Below are positions 24,483 through 37,635 of a stretch of DNA of 64,000 nt, piece by piece; positions within the stretch are counted from its first letter, which is position 1, and every line of letters starts with the position of its first letter. The DNA lies in assembly GCA_032718475.1 (NCBI GenBank), contig JAUCBJ010008464.1:71816-135815 (forward strand). Direction: 5' to 3'. The position numbers and the translations under genes were made by a program. The notes beneath the pieces were generated by a model that did no database searches, was not told the DNA's origin, and worked only from the letters and a program-made list of their open reading frames with translations. Source of the DNA: Nemertoderma westbladi. Lineage: Eukaryota > Animalia > Xenacoelomorpha.

Positions 24483-26665
24483 ATGACTGAGTTAATAGAA
24501 GATGATCTTGGTATCATGGAGCGATATACCCTACCATTGCATTTAATAAGCGGCGACGCTAGTCAACCTACTACGGAGGACGATGGCCGTTATATCGAAC
24601 CGCCAATGTCAAAGGAACAGCTCACGCGTGAATTGGACTATAGAAAATTCACCGCTCGCTATACGCATCGTAATGGTACGTATATGGACTTCTTAACTAC
24701 TGGTCTTCCTATCGATTTACATGACACGGACGATGTAGATACCGAAAGGGAGATGATCCTATTTAATTATCATACCCAGCAGAGTCGGAATGATAAACTG
24801 AAAATCGAACACGAAAATTCTTTTCGAAATCGACTCGAAAGAGAAGACGTTGAAGAGCCAGATAAACGCAATGACTTCAACGAATATTTGGAATTCTTAA
24901 GAGAAACATATCTCAATGTGGCCAGTCAACAAAATCTAGAAACTTGATATCTTCAAGGTATACATCATAACCCTATGATAGAATTCAAACGACTCTATTT
25001 CACTATGATGTATCTTACTGCCGATCGACCGCTACCTGTTGTACCGGATAGCTTCGAACAGATGGAGGAATATTGTAAAACTGGAGAAAGATCACCAGCG
25101 TTTCCCCTACAAGACGTGCGTCTTTAGTATTATTGCGATGAATGCCCTAGACCCAACCAACAAACGGAAAGACATAAACATACGCGGAGACGTTGCGCTA
25201 AACACAGTTTTACTCACTATACTTACAGGAGTTTCGAGCGAAACTTGTTCGATGTATCACCCACGCTCGCTCGACTCAAACGATCCTTAAACAAACCTAT
25301 GATCAGAGTTCCGGAATACTCAGTCAGACCTCCTCATTCCCTAGTGAGACCTCAGACTCTTGATCCTAATAGTATGACGGATCCTCCTGAACTGTACTCA
25401 TTGTTCAAAGATCTAGTGTTACCAGAACAATTAGACGGTGGCACTCCGGTTGTGGGCTCCCTAGATATTCGCCCATCCTACCTAGCCGGATTGGGACACG
25501 GACATCTAATATCGCCGTTCAACCCATATAATCATCCCGGTTTAACCCCGATACAACCCATCACCGAGGTGGAGGAGAGCGTTGTACGAAACGCGTTAGA
25601 CGCTATTCGGCAAAAGATCGGAAAAGGAACCTACGATTGTTTAGACAAACGTAAATTGCAACAACAAGTCCAAGTGGCAAAAGAATTAGCTTTACCTCAG
25701 TTCGATCGGGAAATGCAGAATCTCGAAGAAGATATCGAACTCGGACGAACCTACTCTCTGTTTTTGGACGAACGCTTCCAATGACAAGCGGAGGAAAATC
25801 AGCTCGAGGAGAAGCACATCGAAATGGACGAGAGAGAAGAAGCAGCTTTAGCCCAGCCAGAAGCTCAAATCCGTATGACGGATCTCTATTCCAAAACCAT
25901 TATTCATCCTTCGATGGTTCCCATCGAAGTTCACAAACACTTCGCCACTGTACAACCCCAACCGGTTGATATCAACTTAAGATCTAGAGATCTTATCGCT
26001 GACGCTCCTATGTTACAACGTCCGCCAATCGAGGCTGCTCGTGTCGACGGTATACTCATTGAACCTCCTGACAATCGAGCGGATCTTGTCCGTGATATGG
26101 TACACGAGGTCAACCTACGCGCTAGACCTTTACTGAACTCATTTTATGGGATCAAAGACCACCCCCATTATGTCAATTTAACTCAATATTATATGGTGAA
26201 ACCGGAAGACCCTACACACAGTTTAAAGTTTCTACCATTGATAAATCCCACGGTGACTTGTTCATAAACTCGCATCCAGAGCTACAAGAAGTTCATAGAC
26301 GACCATATGAATATAAAGCCAGAGAACGCGAGTTGGAGAGAACCATCAAACCAAGGAAATTTCTCACTACTCACAGTCCACCTACCGCTCTCATGCAAAC
26401 GCCTCGTCAGGGACCAGTAAGAGCTGCTGTCCTGAAACGCGCTCTAAAGGTTGTTCGACCTCGTTCCACTGAGGTTGATATCGATCAACCGGGTACCTCG
26501 ACCGGCGGATACACTGACCGTAATCCTAAACCTTCCAATGCAATTGTATTGCACACCTCACCCAGGAGTTATAGCCCTCCTAGTAAAGTGGCTCGACCCA
26601 AAGAGAAAAGGACTCTTACTAGCCTCAAAAAACTTCGTAAACGCCGTTCACGTAAGAAGGACTAA
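24483..26665 (+). pseudogene. Accessory ORF3 of copy A/D, unknown protein (coiled-coil segment, basic C-terminal tail)
   Basis: Consecutive sense ORFs 24483-24947, 25039-25290, 25245-25784, 25824-26267 and 26258-26665 lie between pol and the PPT and are homologous in three copies. Confidence 0.75.
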
Positions 26666-26743
26666 TAGTTTAGAGTATTTTTGTATTTTAGAAACTGTGA
26701 TTTTTTATATTTTATAGACTTAAATCCCATTTTCTGGGAGCGG

Positions 26744-27842
26744 TGTAAAAGCTTTTGCGGACATAACAAGTCATTTTTCCGCAATGCGCAGAATACTCTA
26801 AAATAGCCCTAAATTTATCCAACTACGCGACGGGAAGGAATTAAAGCCAGTATGACGAAATCTGTCAGCTGATTTCTTGTGGACGTGGAATTTCTTTGTT
26901 CTGCCTTATTCAGCCAATCAGAGCAATTTTCCCTTTATGTCTGACAGAGGCCTATGGAAACTCGCGCAATGCATTACGGTCTTTGTTTACTATTTTTCTG
27001 AGCATCAGAACCTGCTCGGAATCTTCTGTGCTTCTGTGTAGAATTTTCAGACTTTGGCCTAGGAAACATCAGATGGCCTTGATTATAATAACGTAAATCT
27101 ATTATCCTACTTAATCACCGCATCACATTTCATCATTATCAACTACATTTCATAACTGCATAAGTAACACATACTGACAGTTCACCGCATTATTTTACTT
27201 CTGTTATTAATTGTTGTTATATTAATGGATATTGGTGTTATATTTGGAGAATACCGATAAATAATCATAAACCCCTCAATCTTCTTAATTACTGAGTTAA
27301 GAGGAACAGGTTTTTCCGGTAGCAACTGCGACTTAAATTATAGTGGTTTTTGTGTGAATTAAATGCTATTTCATAATCCCTACGTGTGTCAGTTGCTATC
27401 CTCCTTATATATGATCAAATTTAGTGAAGGTCGGAAGATCAGTGCTAAGTAGTGTGAAGTAGTGTGAAGTCGTGTGAATTAGTGTGAAGGTTAATAAAGC
27501 ATCTCCTAAAGAATGCGCTATTTACAAAACTCTGAGGCCATCTAGTTGTGATTAGTATAAGTCATAAGTCATTTTATACTTAAAGCGCCACGCCTTAAAG
27601 GAACTGTTAATATTTCCCCGAAAGTAAATATATTTGTCAGAGATTATATAGTAACGATCAATCGAATAATACAGTAGGTCTACACTGCAATAACTCTCAA
27701 GGAATCCGAATCCAGTCTCCCAAATCGTGGGTGATAGGTCGCGCACGGACTGGCTTCGGCTGATGTAACTTCAGTACACTAGATAATTGATATAGGCTAA
27801 AGTCGATTTATAAACAAGAGGACAACTAAAATTGGCAGGTTA
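26744..27842 (+). repeat. Copy A/D 3' LTR (lacking the last ~30 bp)
   Basis: TGTAAAAGCTTTTGCGG directly after the PPT; CCAAT box; U5 homologous to B and C up to ttggcaggtta. Confidence 0.9.
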
Positions 27843-28904
27843 GGGGAGACTGGATTCGGGTGCTTTGAAGTTATTGCGTTGCAGACCTACTGTATTATTC
27901 GATTGATCGTTACTATATAATCTCTGACAATATTATTCACCTTCGGGGAAATATTAACAGTTCCTTTAGGACGTGGCGCTTTAAGTATATAAACAGAGTT
28001 ATGACTTATATTAAACACAACAAGATGGCTACTGATTTTCGTAAATAGCACATTCTTTAGGAGATGATTTATTATCTGTCACACTGCTGCATACGATTTC
28101 ACACTGCTGCACACTGATCTGCCGACCGTCACTGAATTTGACCATATATAAGGAGGATAGCAACTGACACATGTAGGGATTATGAAATAGCATTTAATTC
28201 ACACTAAAACCACTATAATGTAAGTCGCAATTGCTACCGGTAACCGGTCCCTCTTACCTTCAGTAATCAAGAAAATTGGGGTTTTATGATTATTTATCGG
28301 TATTCTCCAAATATAACAACATATCCATCAACATATAACAATTAATAACAGACAGTAAACAGAAGTAAAATAATGCGGTGATAGTCAGCCAGTATCGGTA
28401 ATACCGGTACGCAGGTGCCAAGTTCAGTAGTTGAGTTGAGTGTGGCCCAGTTGTTATGGTTTGTTGCACAGTTGCACAGTGCAGTCAGCCAGTTGACAAG
28501 ATAATAGATTTACGTTCCTATAATCAAAGCTGTCTAATGTTGGCCAAAGTCTGAAACTTCTACAGAAGCACAGAAAAATTCCAAAGCCGATGTTCTGAGG
28601 CTCAGGAAATGGTAAACACTAACACTGAATTGCGTGGGTTTCTGTAGGCTCCTTTCAACGCAAAGTGAAAATCGCTCTGATTGGCCGAACAGAACAAAGA
28701 GAAGTTCCATGTGTACAGTCTTTAGAGTATTAAGCGCATTGCGGTAAAGTAAGGCACGGTATACTGCGGGGAAAATGGCTTGTTATGTCCGCTAAAGCAC
28801 CCCACGGTACATTGCGGAGAAAAATGGCTTGTTATGTCCGCTAAAACAACTAAACAGTTCATTGCGGAGAAAAATGACTTGTTATATCCGCAAAAGCTTT
28901 TACA
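27843..28904 (-). repeat. Inverted, 3'-truncated LTR of a fourth family member (E)
   Basis: Begins TGTAAAAGCTTTTGCGG on the minus strand at 28904; reverse-complement homolog of 26744-27720; no PPT in the flank. Confidence 0.88.
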
Positions 28905-29329
28905 GAGTGTATTGGATTTGGCACGAGTTGGGAGGTTAAAGTTCGAGAGCAAAACTCAATCAATACACCATATCCTGGAATTCGGATTATAGTGTCGCAC
29001 CAGTATCTCAGTAACATGGTTCGGATTTTTATATGTTCGCTGTGAAATGTTTCTAAACGGTAAGAAAAATTTAGAAATTTTCAATTTTGTTTATTAAACC
29101 GATTTACTACGAACACACCGTAATGATGACGAATGTAGGCAACCGAACCGGGAAGGCCCATTACGCCTTATTCGCCTTATACAGAAATATATACAAATAT
29201 AGAAACACCAATATATACATATAGTGTATAAATATAGTTTAAATATATAGTATATATTGTAAATATAGTGTATAAATCTATAGTATATAGTGTATCAAAA
29301 TATCGATATAATATTATCAGGCGACTACA

Positions 29330-30530
29330 ACATAGACCTAAATAAACACGTTTTAACCTAGCTACAAATTACTTACAAATTTATGAATCAAATGGGACTA
29401 ATACAATTAATTGATATGCCAACCCGAATTACACCTTTTTCAAAAATATGATTGACCTCATATTTAGTAATATATCTAATAAAATATTAACCCCTGGAGT
29501 TTTCCACAGTAATTTTGGATTTACCGATCACCTAGTTACCTTTTTGATAGTGTACGAAATTATTCATATTTTTTTAGACCAATTGATAAAAAGCATATAT
29601 ATGATTATTCCAAATTTAATCAAGACCAGTTTACATCAGACATTCAAAAGAAACGCAACTGGACATATCAGAATAATAAAATACCAATGGAAAAAGTATT
29701 TCAAAAATTTTATACTGAATTTGAGGCTATAGCTAATAAACATTTACCGAAAAAAAGAAATGAAAAAAAGAGAGATTCCAAAAAAACCATGGATGACTCC
29801 CGCAATAGTTAAATCAACAATTACAAAAAATCCTCATTAATGTTAAAACCAACCACGCAAAAAGAACAATATTATAAAAGGTACAGAAATAATTTAACGA
29901 AACTAATGAAAAAAGCAGAAAAAAAATATTTTGAGCTGGAATTTAAAAACATAAAAATAATATGAAAAAAACATTGCAATCAATTATTAATCAAGCAATA
30001 AACAAAACCTAAAATCGAGGCACACCAATAAAATTAAACCCAGAAGACCATGTCTGGTAAAAAAGAAGAAACAAATGAAAAAAATATAAGTAATATATTC
30101 AATGAACATTTTGTAAATATAGGACCCCAACTTTCCGAAAAGTGATAGAAATCCAACGCGATATATCAATTACAAAAAACCCAATAGCTTTAACCTTTTA
30201 GAAACAACGGCCGTAGAAGTGATTTCAATATAATATATAAAAACAAGTGCTACAAGTGCTACTCTCCCAGTAAGTAATATTAGTTAGGATTGCTGCGTAT
30301 GATATAGATAGCTCCACACCTAACAAAATTAATTAATATTATCCATAAATAACATTTTTTTCCCGATGCGATACATTAAAAAACACCAGAGTATCTGCAT
30401 GCCTTATTTCTATTGACTTGAGGAAGACCTTTGATACCCTAAACCACCAAATTCTTTTAAATAAATTACAATGCTAAGGTATCAGAATTCATTATTCTTA
30501 CATTATATAAATAAATGATCTGCCGAATTG
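29330..30530 (+). mobile_element. Decayed CR1/L2-group LINE fragment (endonuclease end to RT start)
   Basis: Remnant motifs QLIDMPTRIT, IDLIFSN, TDH, KPWMT, MNEHFVNIGP-like and IDLRKTFDTLNHQILL. Confidence 0.75.
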
Positions 30531-30966
30531 TGGGGCGAGCCACGAAAGTAAGCGAGCTTAGCACACGGACGTTACTGAATCAGCCAAATCTCGATATAAT
30601 CTATCCAAACTTGGTACACATGTAGTCTATGGCAAAAGTTTAGAAATTTTCCAAGTTGAATTTGCGTGTGGCCTTCGAGAAGCTAAGATAATAGCAGTTA
30701 ATTAAGTTGATTAGGGTAAAACAGCATTTTCAACCTGCGTCTTAAAGGATATTAATTATTTTCTCGTATAAGATTTAAATAATTATACTTAACAATTATA
30801 CAACTGTATTCCCCATACCCTATTCAATTATAGTTTTTAATTAGTTCAAGTGATTTGCTTTAAGAAATGTGTTTTTACTTGATCTAAACGTAATTAAACT
30901 ATCGAAATGCATCCCGTCACTCTATACCAGACATACTTGCTATTGCTTACTAGGCCTGCCGCAAAC

Positions 30967-31228
30967 TAGAGATGCAAGATGCAAAAAAGGACATCCTCGA
31001 TGTTCTATTTTTGCATCTTGCATCTCGAATTATAGAATACATGGTAGAATATGGGAGGCCGTACACTAGAGATGCAAGATGCATGATAAAGTCTTTGAAA
31101 TATACATTAAAATAAATAAATAACATAAAAGCTATATCAATATATAAAATAAAATACGATGCATCTTGCATCTCTAGTGTACGTCGGAAACGATTTTTGC
31201 ATCTGGTATCTTGCATCTTGCATCTCTA
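30967..31228. repeat. Small inverted-repeat element built from GATGCAA units
   Basis: tagagatgcaagatgc and gcatcttgcatctcta occur in alternating orientations. Confidence 0.55.
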
Positions 31229-32402
31229 ATGCTTAGTTGGACCATTAGTTGCTATTGCCTACCAGTCCAATCATCTCACCACTACTTGGCAACTTGTAAT
31301 TACATATTTAGGGAATAGAGGCAGGAACTGCTAGTGTAAGGTGCCACTACTGTAATAAGCCAACTTGCTTTATCGTGCAAAATGATTGCCTGAGTATTTA
31401 ATCGTGATTCTTTAGAATCATTAGCTAAATAATAATTTCGTTCAGTTGTTGACATGATAAATAAATATTTCAGTATCAATACTATCGGCATAATGTAAGT
31501 TGTAATAATATTTACAAATTGGGTTGCCTCCACACCTAAAAATATATTACTTTTAAAACATCATTAATCCTCTGTGCTCCTTTTAAAAACATCAAAAAAT
31601 ACGTAATGATTTAAAAATAAAAAAAACAAGCATTTATGTCACACGTTTATTTGACCAAACTTCACAAAAATACACTCATATAACACTCGCTCAACTACAT
31701 TAAATAATTTTTTTATTCCTTTTTTTTTATTCTTAATAAATACACAACAATCGTGAAAATTATGTGGTGCAAAAATATGGAATAATCAAAACACTAAAAT
31801 CAAAAATTGAAAATCAAAAAGTACTCTATCTAGAAAATTAATAATAATTCAACTCAATTCAAATTATTCAACGAATTATAATAATAAATAATTACCACCG
31901 CAAACTAAGATATCGAAAATAACAAGTTTAATAAATTGTTTCACTTTAACACCCTTTAAAATAGGACTATTATTCGATAAAAAAAAGTAAGCGGAAAACA
32001 CCGCTTTTTTTCACTCATTTTCAATTTAGCGAAATTCAACTATTCTGTCCGAGTGGTTAAGTTTTACAAGAGTTGGCATGTTTTCAGCACGAGCGAAGCG
32101 AGTGTTAAAATGCCAAAGAGTGGAAAAGCGGAAAATACCGCTTTTTTTCAACGGTGATCGTGTCAACCGAAATGCAGTCCATTTTCAGGACTTAAAATCT
32201 GGAAATGTGTTGTCCTCGCGTGGGACCCAGTTCAAGAAGCGAACTGGAAAGCTGTGGACACCAAGGAATCCAGTGGTCACAAGCGCCATATATACCATAT
32301 TCTGTTTCGTAAGAAATACAGGAGCTCTGTACATTAATGTACATGATTTTACTCCTCTTTTATTCACTCTTTAAAGTAAAATTGTAAAATGGGAACGTGA
32401 CA

Positions 32403-33516
32403 GGATAGATCTTTTTACGGAACACAAGCGAACACAGTAGAACAAACTCGAACACACTCCAAAAACTGCCGAACACAATCGAACACAGTCGAAAATAGAA
32501 AGAGCACAAAAAAATAACACCGGGTACCAACTTTTAGATAAAATTAGCCACGCGTTGCTTTTCTATAAGAAAATTCCCGAAATTATTGATTAAAATTGTC
32601 GCGAAATTAAATATTCCTTTCTTATCAGATCAGGCCTAGTCTAAGCCGACAACTAATAATTTAACATAGTAGTATCTGCCTAAGTTAAGTGTGGTTAGCA
32701 CCGGGACAGAGAACCCTACCGGTACCTGCCCGGGTAGGTACCTAACCGGGACCCAGCTCTTTAAATTCCAGTGCAGCAGTAGGCAGGTAGGTACCGGTAC
32801 CTATGTTGTACCGTGTACTTCATGTACAAGTACAGTACGTACGGTATTGGGCCTAACATCCTAATTCATACCCTCAGCAATCAGTCCCAGGCCAAGCTAT
32901 TCCGCAGTACGCAGGCAAACAGGTCTATTACTGTCGCTAATCCGCTATTACTATATATGTGACAGGTACGGTTCCCGGTAGGTTTCCGGTACCGGTACCT
33001 ACTGTATGTTGTACCGTGTACTTCATGTACAGTACGTACGGTATTGGGCCTAACATCCTAATTCATACCTTCAGCAATCAGTCCCAGACCAAGCTATTCC
33101 GCAGTACGCAGGCAAACAGGTCTATTTCTGTCGCTAACCCGCTATTACTATATACTGTATGTGACAGGTACGTTTCCCGGTAGGTTTCCCTACATAGTTT
33201 GTTATACAGTACAGCAGTACACAACAAATAATAGGCTTACCTACATAGTTTGTTTACACTACAGCAGTACACAACAAATAATAGGCCTACCTGATAAGAA
33301 AGGAATATTTAATTTCGCGATAATGTTATTCAACAATTTCGGGAATTTTCTTATAGAAAAGCAACGCGTGGCTAATTTTATCTAAAACTTGGTACCCGGT
33401 GTTATTTTTTTGTGCTCTTTCTATTTTCGACTGTGTTCGATTGTGTTCGGCAGTTTTTGGAGTGTGTTCTGGTGTGTTCTTGTGTGTTCGCTTGTGTTCT
33501 GTAAAAAGAACTATCC
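32403..33516. mobile_element. Non-autonomous DNA transposon with ~225-bp TIRs
   Basis: GGATAG...cttatcag (32403-32628) is the reverse complement of ctgataag...CTATCC (33291-33516); GAACAC subterminal repeats; internal ~200-bp tandem duplication. Confidence 0.88.
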
Positions 33517-34102
33517 GAGGTCACATCAGGTGGAGGAGCTTAGCTAATGGCTGCAGGCGCCTAAATTATTGAATTTGAAAACTTGACATTTTTTCCAAAT
33601 ATATATACACAATATAGGAAAAATAAACAAAGAATAACACAACATCAACAAATGTGTACCACATTTACACCTATAATATATTTTTTTATTTACTTGGCTC
33701 CAGCCATATATTATAGTAGTTTGATTATTCGATGCACACAGATCCTTTGTAATTTTCCCACATTTAATATGTAATAACTATAAAATATCAATAATGGATG
33801 AAGATATTAATTGTATATTGCAATATTTTTTGTGTACACCTTTTGATTTTATTAAAAAAACATACCTAAAAACTACAACTACAACTAATTTATTTCTGAG
33901 TATGTTAAGTTCAATAAGTTTGATATCATGACGTCAATAAATGTATATTAAACATAATTCTGGGTTATCTGGCAGTTTCATGCCTCAGCGATGGTTTAGA
34001 GAAGGGATTAGATTTACCATCAATCTGCAATTAATAATTAGATTTACAGAAATTAGATGTTTGAAATTAATTAATAATAATTCAGTGGGGTCGCTTAAAG
34101 AT

Positions 34103-34590
34103 CTACTACTACTATTAGTAAGTCGAGCGAACTCGGACAGTGGAAATGAAATCCTTCCAGGCTTCCCGATTCTCCATAGTTGTCGCAATTTCGCCTCTCC
34201 CAAGTTCAGCATCCCCTTCAAGTTGATCTATATATGTTATGGCAGGTCGTCCACGACTACGCTTTCCATGAGTGGGTTGCCAGAAAAGTAGATCTGGTAT
34301 GACCTCGTCTTTACTTCGCCAGCAGTGCCTACTGAATCTTAATCTGCGTTCACGGAGGGTGGTTGATACAGGTGGTATTGTACCATAAAGCTCGGCGTTT
34401 GTCATGTGTTGTCTCCATCCTGATGTTTATGGCAGCCCTTTGTAGTCTTGTGTAGTAACCATCAATTCGTTGTTCAAGTGATTTAGTCAGTGTCCAGGTC
34501 TCACCCCCATATACAAATACACTTTCCACTGTGGCTCGAAAGAACTTAGTCTTCAGCTGCCTGGAGAGACTGATTTCCAGATGGTATCCA
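34103..34590 (-). mobile_element. RTE-like LINE 3' fragment
   Basis: FFRATVESVFVYGGETWTL and RERRLRFSRHCWR...GKRSRGRP...YIDQL, followed by a (TAG)n tail. Confidence 0.85.
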
Positions 34591-35424
34591 TTTTTGATAG
34601 AGCTATCCATGCTCTTGTTTTCCTTTTTTGCTATTCTCTATCCATTATTATCGTCTGTTGTCAAGTTTCCATCAAAATTTCATGGCTCAAAAACAGCAAA
34701 ATCTTTAATTATTGCCGGACAAAATCATGAAAATCTCACTATATGATAAGTAAGTAAAATTTTTTTTTAGAATAATCAGACCTGTGTACAAAAATATTTG
34801 ACTACTTCCCTAGTAACAGGGTGAATTTTTCATATAAATGAAACTCGCCATATAGAAAAATTACGATTATATGACTTGGTTAGTTTAACAATAGAAGTCA
34901 AGTACAGGTTTCCATAGCAACAAGGTGACCTTTTCCTAGCAATCAATGTATATTTAATGTAATTATGTTTGAAACTTGTGATAAATAACATGTCTAACAA
35001 TATAACATGGTTTGGTTAGTAATGATATGGAGTTGATACAGGTTTCCATAGCAACAAGGTAAAATGTTCATACGCAACTGCGGATTTAGGGAACATTAGG
35101 ATTCAAACCGAGAGAATTGAGATAAACAACACGTATAAAAATAAATTATTGCTAGTTAGTAGTTATACTTGAGCTGATACACGATTGGTTGAAATGGAAA
35201 TTTAGTGTAATAAGGATTCATAATGGAGATAAACAACATATGTAGCAATATTGAGATAATTAATATATTCGTTGTACATAAGAATGATGAAGGAACTTTC
35301 GGTTAGGGTCCAGACACCGAATGATATACGTTTCTTAGGTTTGCATCCACTGAATAATAGGCTATTGATGAGAAGACAATTTTTTATTAATAAAGTTTTA
35401 GATAGATAGATAGATAGATAGATA

Positions 35425-36030
35425 CTACTAGGATCGGCATGCTGCATTGCAGCTGCATTTTTAAGAATGCTATGCCGGCTTGTCGACAAAATTGCGCCGC
35501 CGCAACTCCCTATCACCCATGACATTTGCTAGATCATCCGCATCTTCAAGGCCAGTGTCCTTTAAGATGCGTCTCAAGAAAGTCATGGGCTGTCCACCAC
35601 GCTTATTCACTCCATGAGGCTGCCAAAGTACAAGATTATGCACTGGTTGGTCCTCACGGCGAAAGCAATGTCCTGCAAAGCGGAGGCGATTTTGTTCTAG
35701 TGTCAAGCTTGGGGGAACCAAAGAGACACCTCCAATGTTATATAGTGTCTGGTTGGAGATGTGTGCATTGTACTTGACACAATGAACCCGGCGTAGCATT
35801 CTTGTGAATGTGCCATCCAGAGATTTGGTGTTCTCAGCAGTTAGAGCCCAGCATGGACTCCCATTGAGGAGTACTGGAACTACTGCTGCTCTAAATAATC
35901 GGACCTTAAGTTTCCGATTATTTCTCGGTGACTTCCAAATCCTGGAAAGCCTATTCAAGGCTGCCCATGCCTTTCCCTTACGTATTCGAAGGTCCTCATC
36001 TGACTTCCGGTGAGTGATCCACCTAGGTGA
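35425..36030 (-). mobile_element. Second RTE-like LINE 3' fragment, adjacent to (GATA)n
   Basis: LKVRLFRAAVVPVLLNGSPCWAL, RLRFAGHCFR, LVLWQP. Confidence 0.85.
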
Positions 36031-36719
36031 TCCTAAGAGAGGTGATTCATCTATCTATCGATCTATCTATAGATATATAGATAGATGGATAGATATATAG
36101 ATATATATGGATACATTATGTAAAAACAATAACAAATACACCAATCAATGTATATAGGTTTTGTCCAACATAACATATAGGATTAGGCCTACCCCTAAAG
36201 CTTTGCAGCTTATTTCCAAGAGGGTCCTTAATGTTACTTAAGATACAAATACAATATTAAAATACAATACAAAAAGTTTTATTTGGAGTGATAGAAATTT
36301 ACCTGTAAACAAGGTTAAGGAAATATTTAAGAAAGAAAAAACTCCCGGATATAAACTTCTAATGAGATCCTTAGAGTTAGAACCCACGGATCCAAGTAAA
36401 CTGAAGGATCGTATTTTAGATAAAACCATTAAGTGATACGAAATTTGAAACCTACAGTACAATAATAAACCCGTCATTAAAACGATTTATATTTTATTTT
36501 TATATTATACTTATGTATAGGGTTGCGGAATGTCTACTTCCCCAAAGTAGAATACTGTACTGTAGGTATGGGCGGATTAGTGTAAAATCAAGTTGATATA
36601 GGATATTCAGTGGGAAGATATAGCGTAGTTTATAGACAATTCCAGAACTTTTTGATATTTTTTTAAGTATGTAATAATAATTATTTTATTAAATTAAGTC
36701 TTCTTCTATCTGTTTCTGT

Positions 36720-37635
36720 GATTACATTGCTCAAATTCAATATGAAATCAAATTGAACATAAAATTGCATTCTGCATATTTTTTATGTGACATATTATAA
36801 TAATCGCAAATAAGCAATAAAATATAACCAGATATAACTGCTATGCAGCAGTGAAGTAATAATGATCTCGTGATTACTACTCTCAGATACATTTGAATTT
36901 CCCGCCACCTAGTAAAACCCTTAGTAGGACTACAGTTAATTGGCTTATACATATAACATATATAACAACTCCTCTTTTTCGAATTTCATACTTTGAAATT
37001 TGATTTATAGAAATCTCTGTTAATGTTACTGTAGTTATGTTTGTAAAATAACCATCACCAGTTTCACTTAAATGTCTGCATGATATATAAATTAAGAACT
37101 TCCAAGTTAGACCGTATTATTATCTTTGAGTTTTGAAATTCAATAGTAAGTGAGGCGTTGTGGTTGTGATTTAATTCGATCACTCCGACGCTGGCTTGGA
37201 GAGTCTGGGATACTACGCTTTTCGTCTTGTGTCAACAAATCTTCTTGAATTGGGCGAATAAACTTTCGATTTCGCCACAAAATACGCCCTGATGGAAATC
37301 GAAGATGGTATCGGCGATAATTATTAGTTTCGACTCTGGGTTTTGAACTAGAACGGTGATTCTGAGAGTGGTCTGGTAAGTTCATTCGAAAGCTTCTTCA
37401 ACATTATTGGTTGAATTCCATTGGATTGGGTCCTGGTGCTCCAGTAGGTTTAGATTTTGCAATCGCTTCCATAACAATAGAAGGTGTGAACTTGATTGAC
37501 TGTTACTAGTTTTTCTTTGTATGTTGGGGGATATTGGACAGTTAGGATTGACTCTCAGATACATTTGAATTTCCTGCCACCTAGTAACAGCCTTAGTAGG
37601 CCTAAAGTAGGATATTGGCTTATACATATATAACA
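36720..37635 (-). mobile_element. Internally deleted Gypsy-like LTR remnant
   Basis: ~90-bp direct repeat starting TGTTATA at 37635 and 36967, the latter preceded by PPT GAAAAAGAGGAG; integrase-tail-like RRYHLRFPSGRILWRNRKFIRP between them; left boundary approximate. Confidence 0.6.

Larger units (their letters stand above)
4417..27842 (+). mobile_element. BEL/Pao LTR retrotransposon copy A/D (decayed, 5' LTR missing, interrupted by copy B, a hammerhead insert and a Helitron)
   Basis: Same-orientation gag (4537-6955), pol (17862-21085), accessory ORF, PPT GGGAGCGG (26736-26743) and 3' LTR. Joining the gag and pol halves into one element is an inference. Confidence 0.7.

Noticed and set aside
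24483-26717. ORF3 as an envelope gene
   Set aside because: No N-terminal signal peptide, Cys-rich ectodomain or clear TM helix in the main frame; the knuckles and basic tail suggest a nucleic-acid-binding protein.
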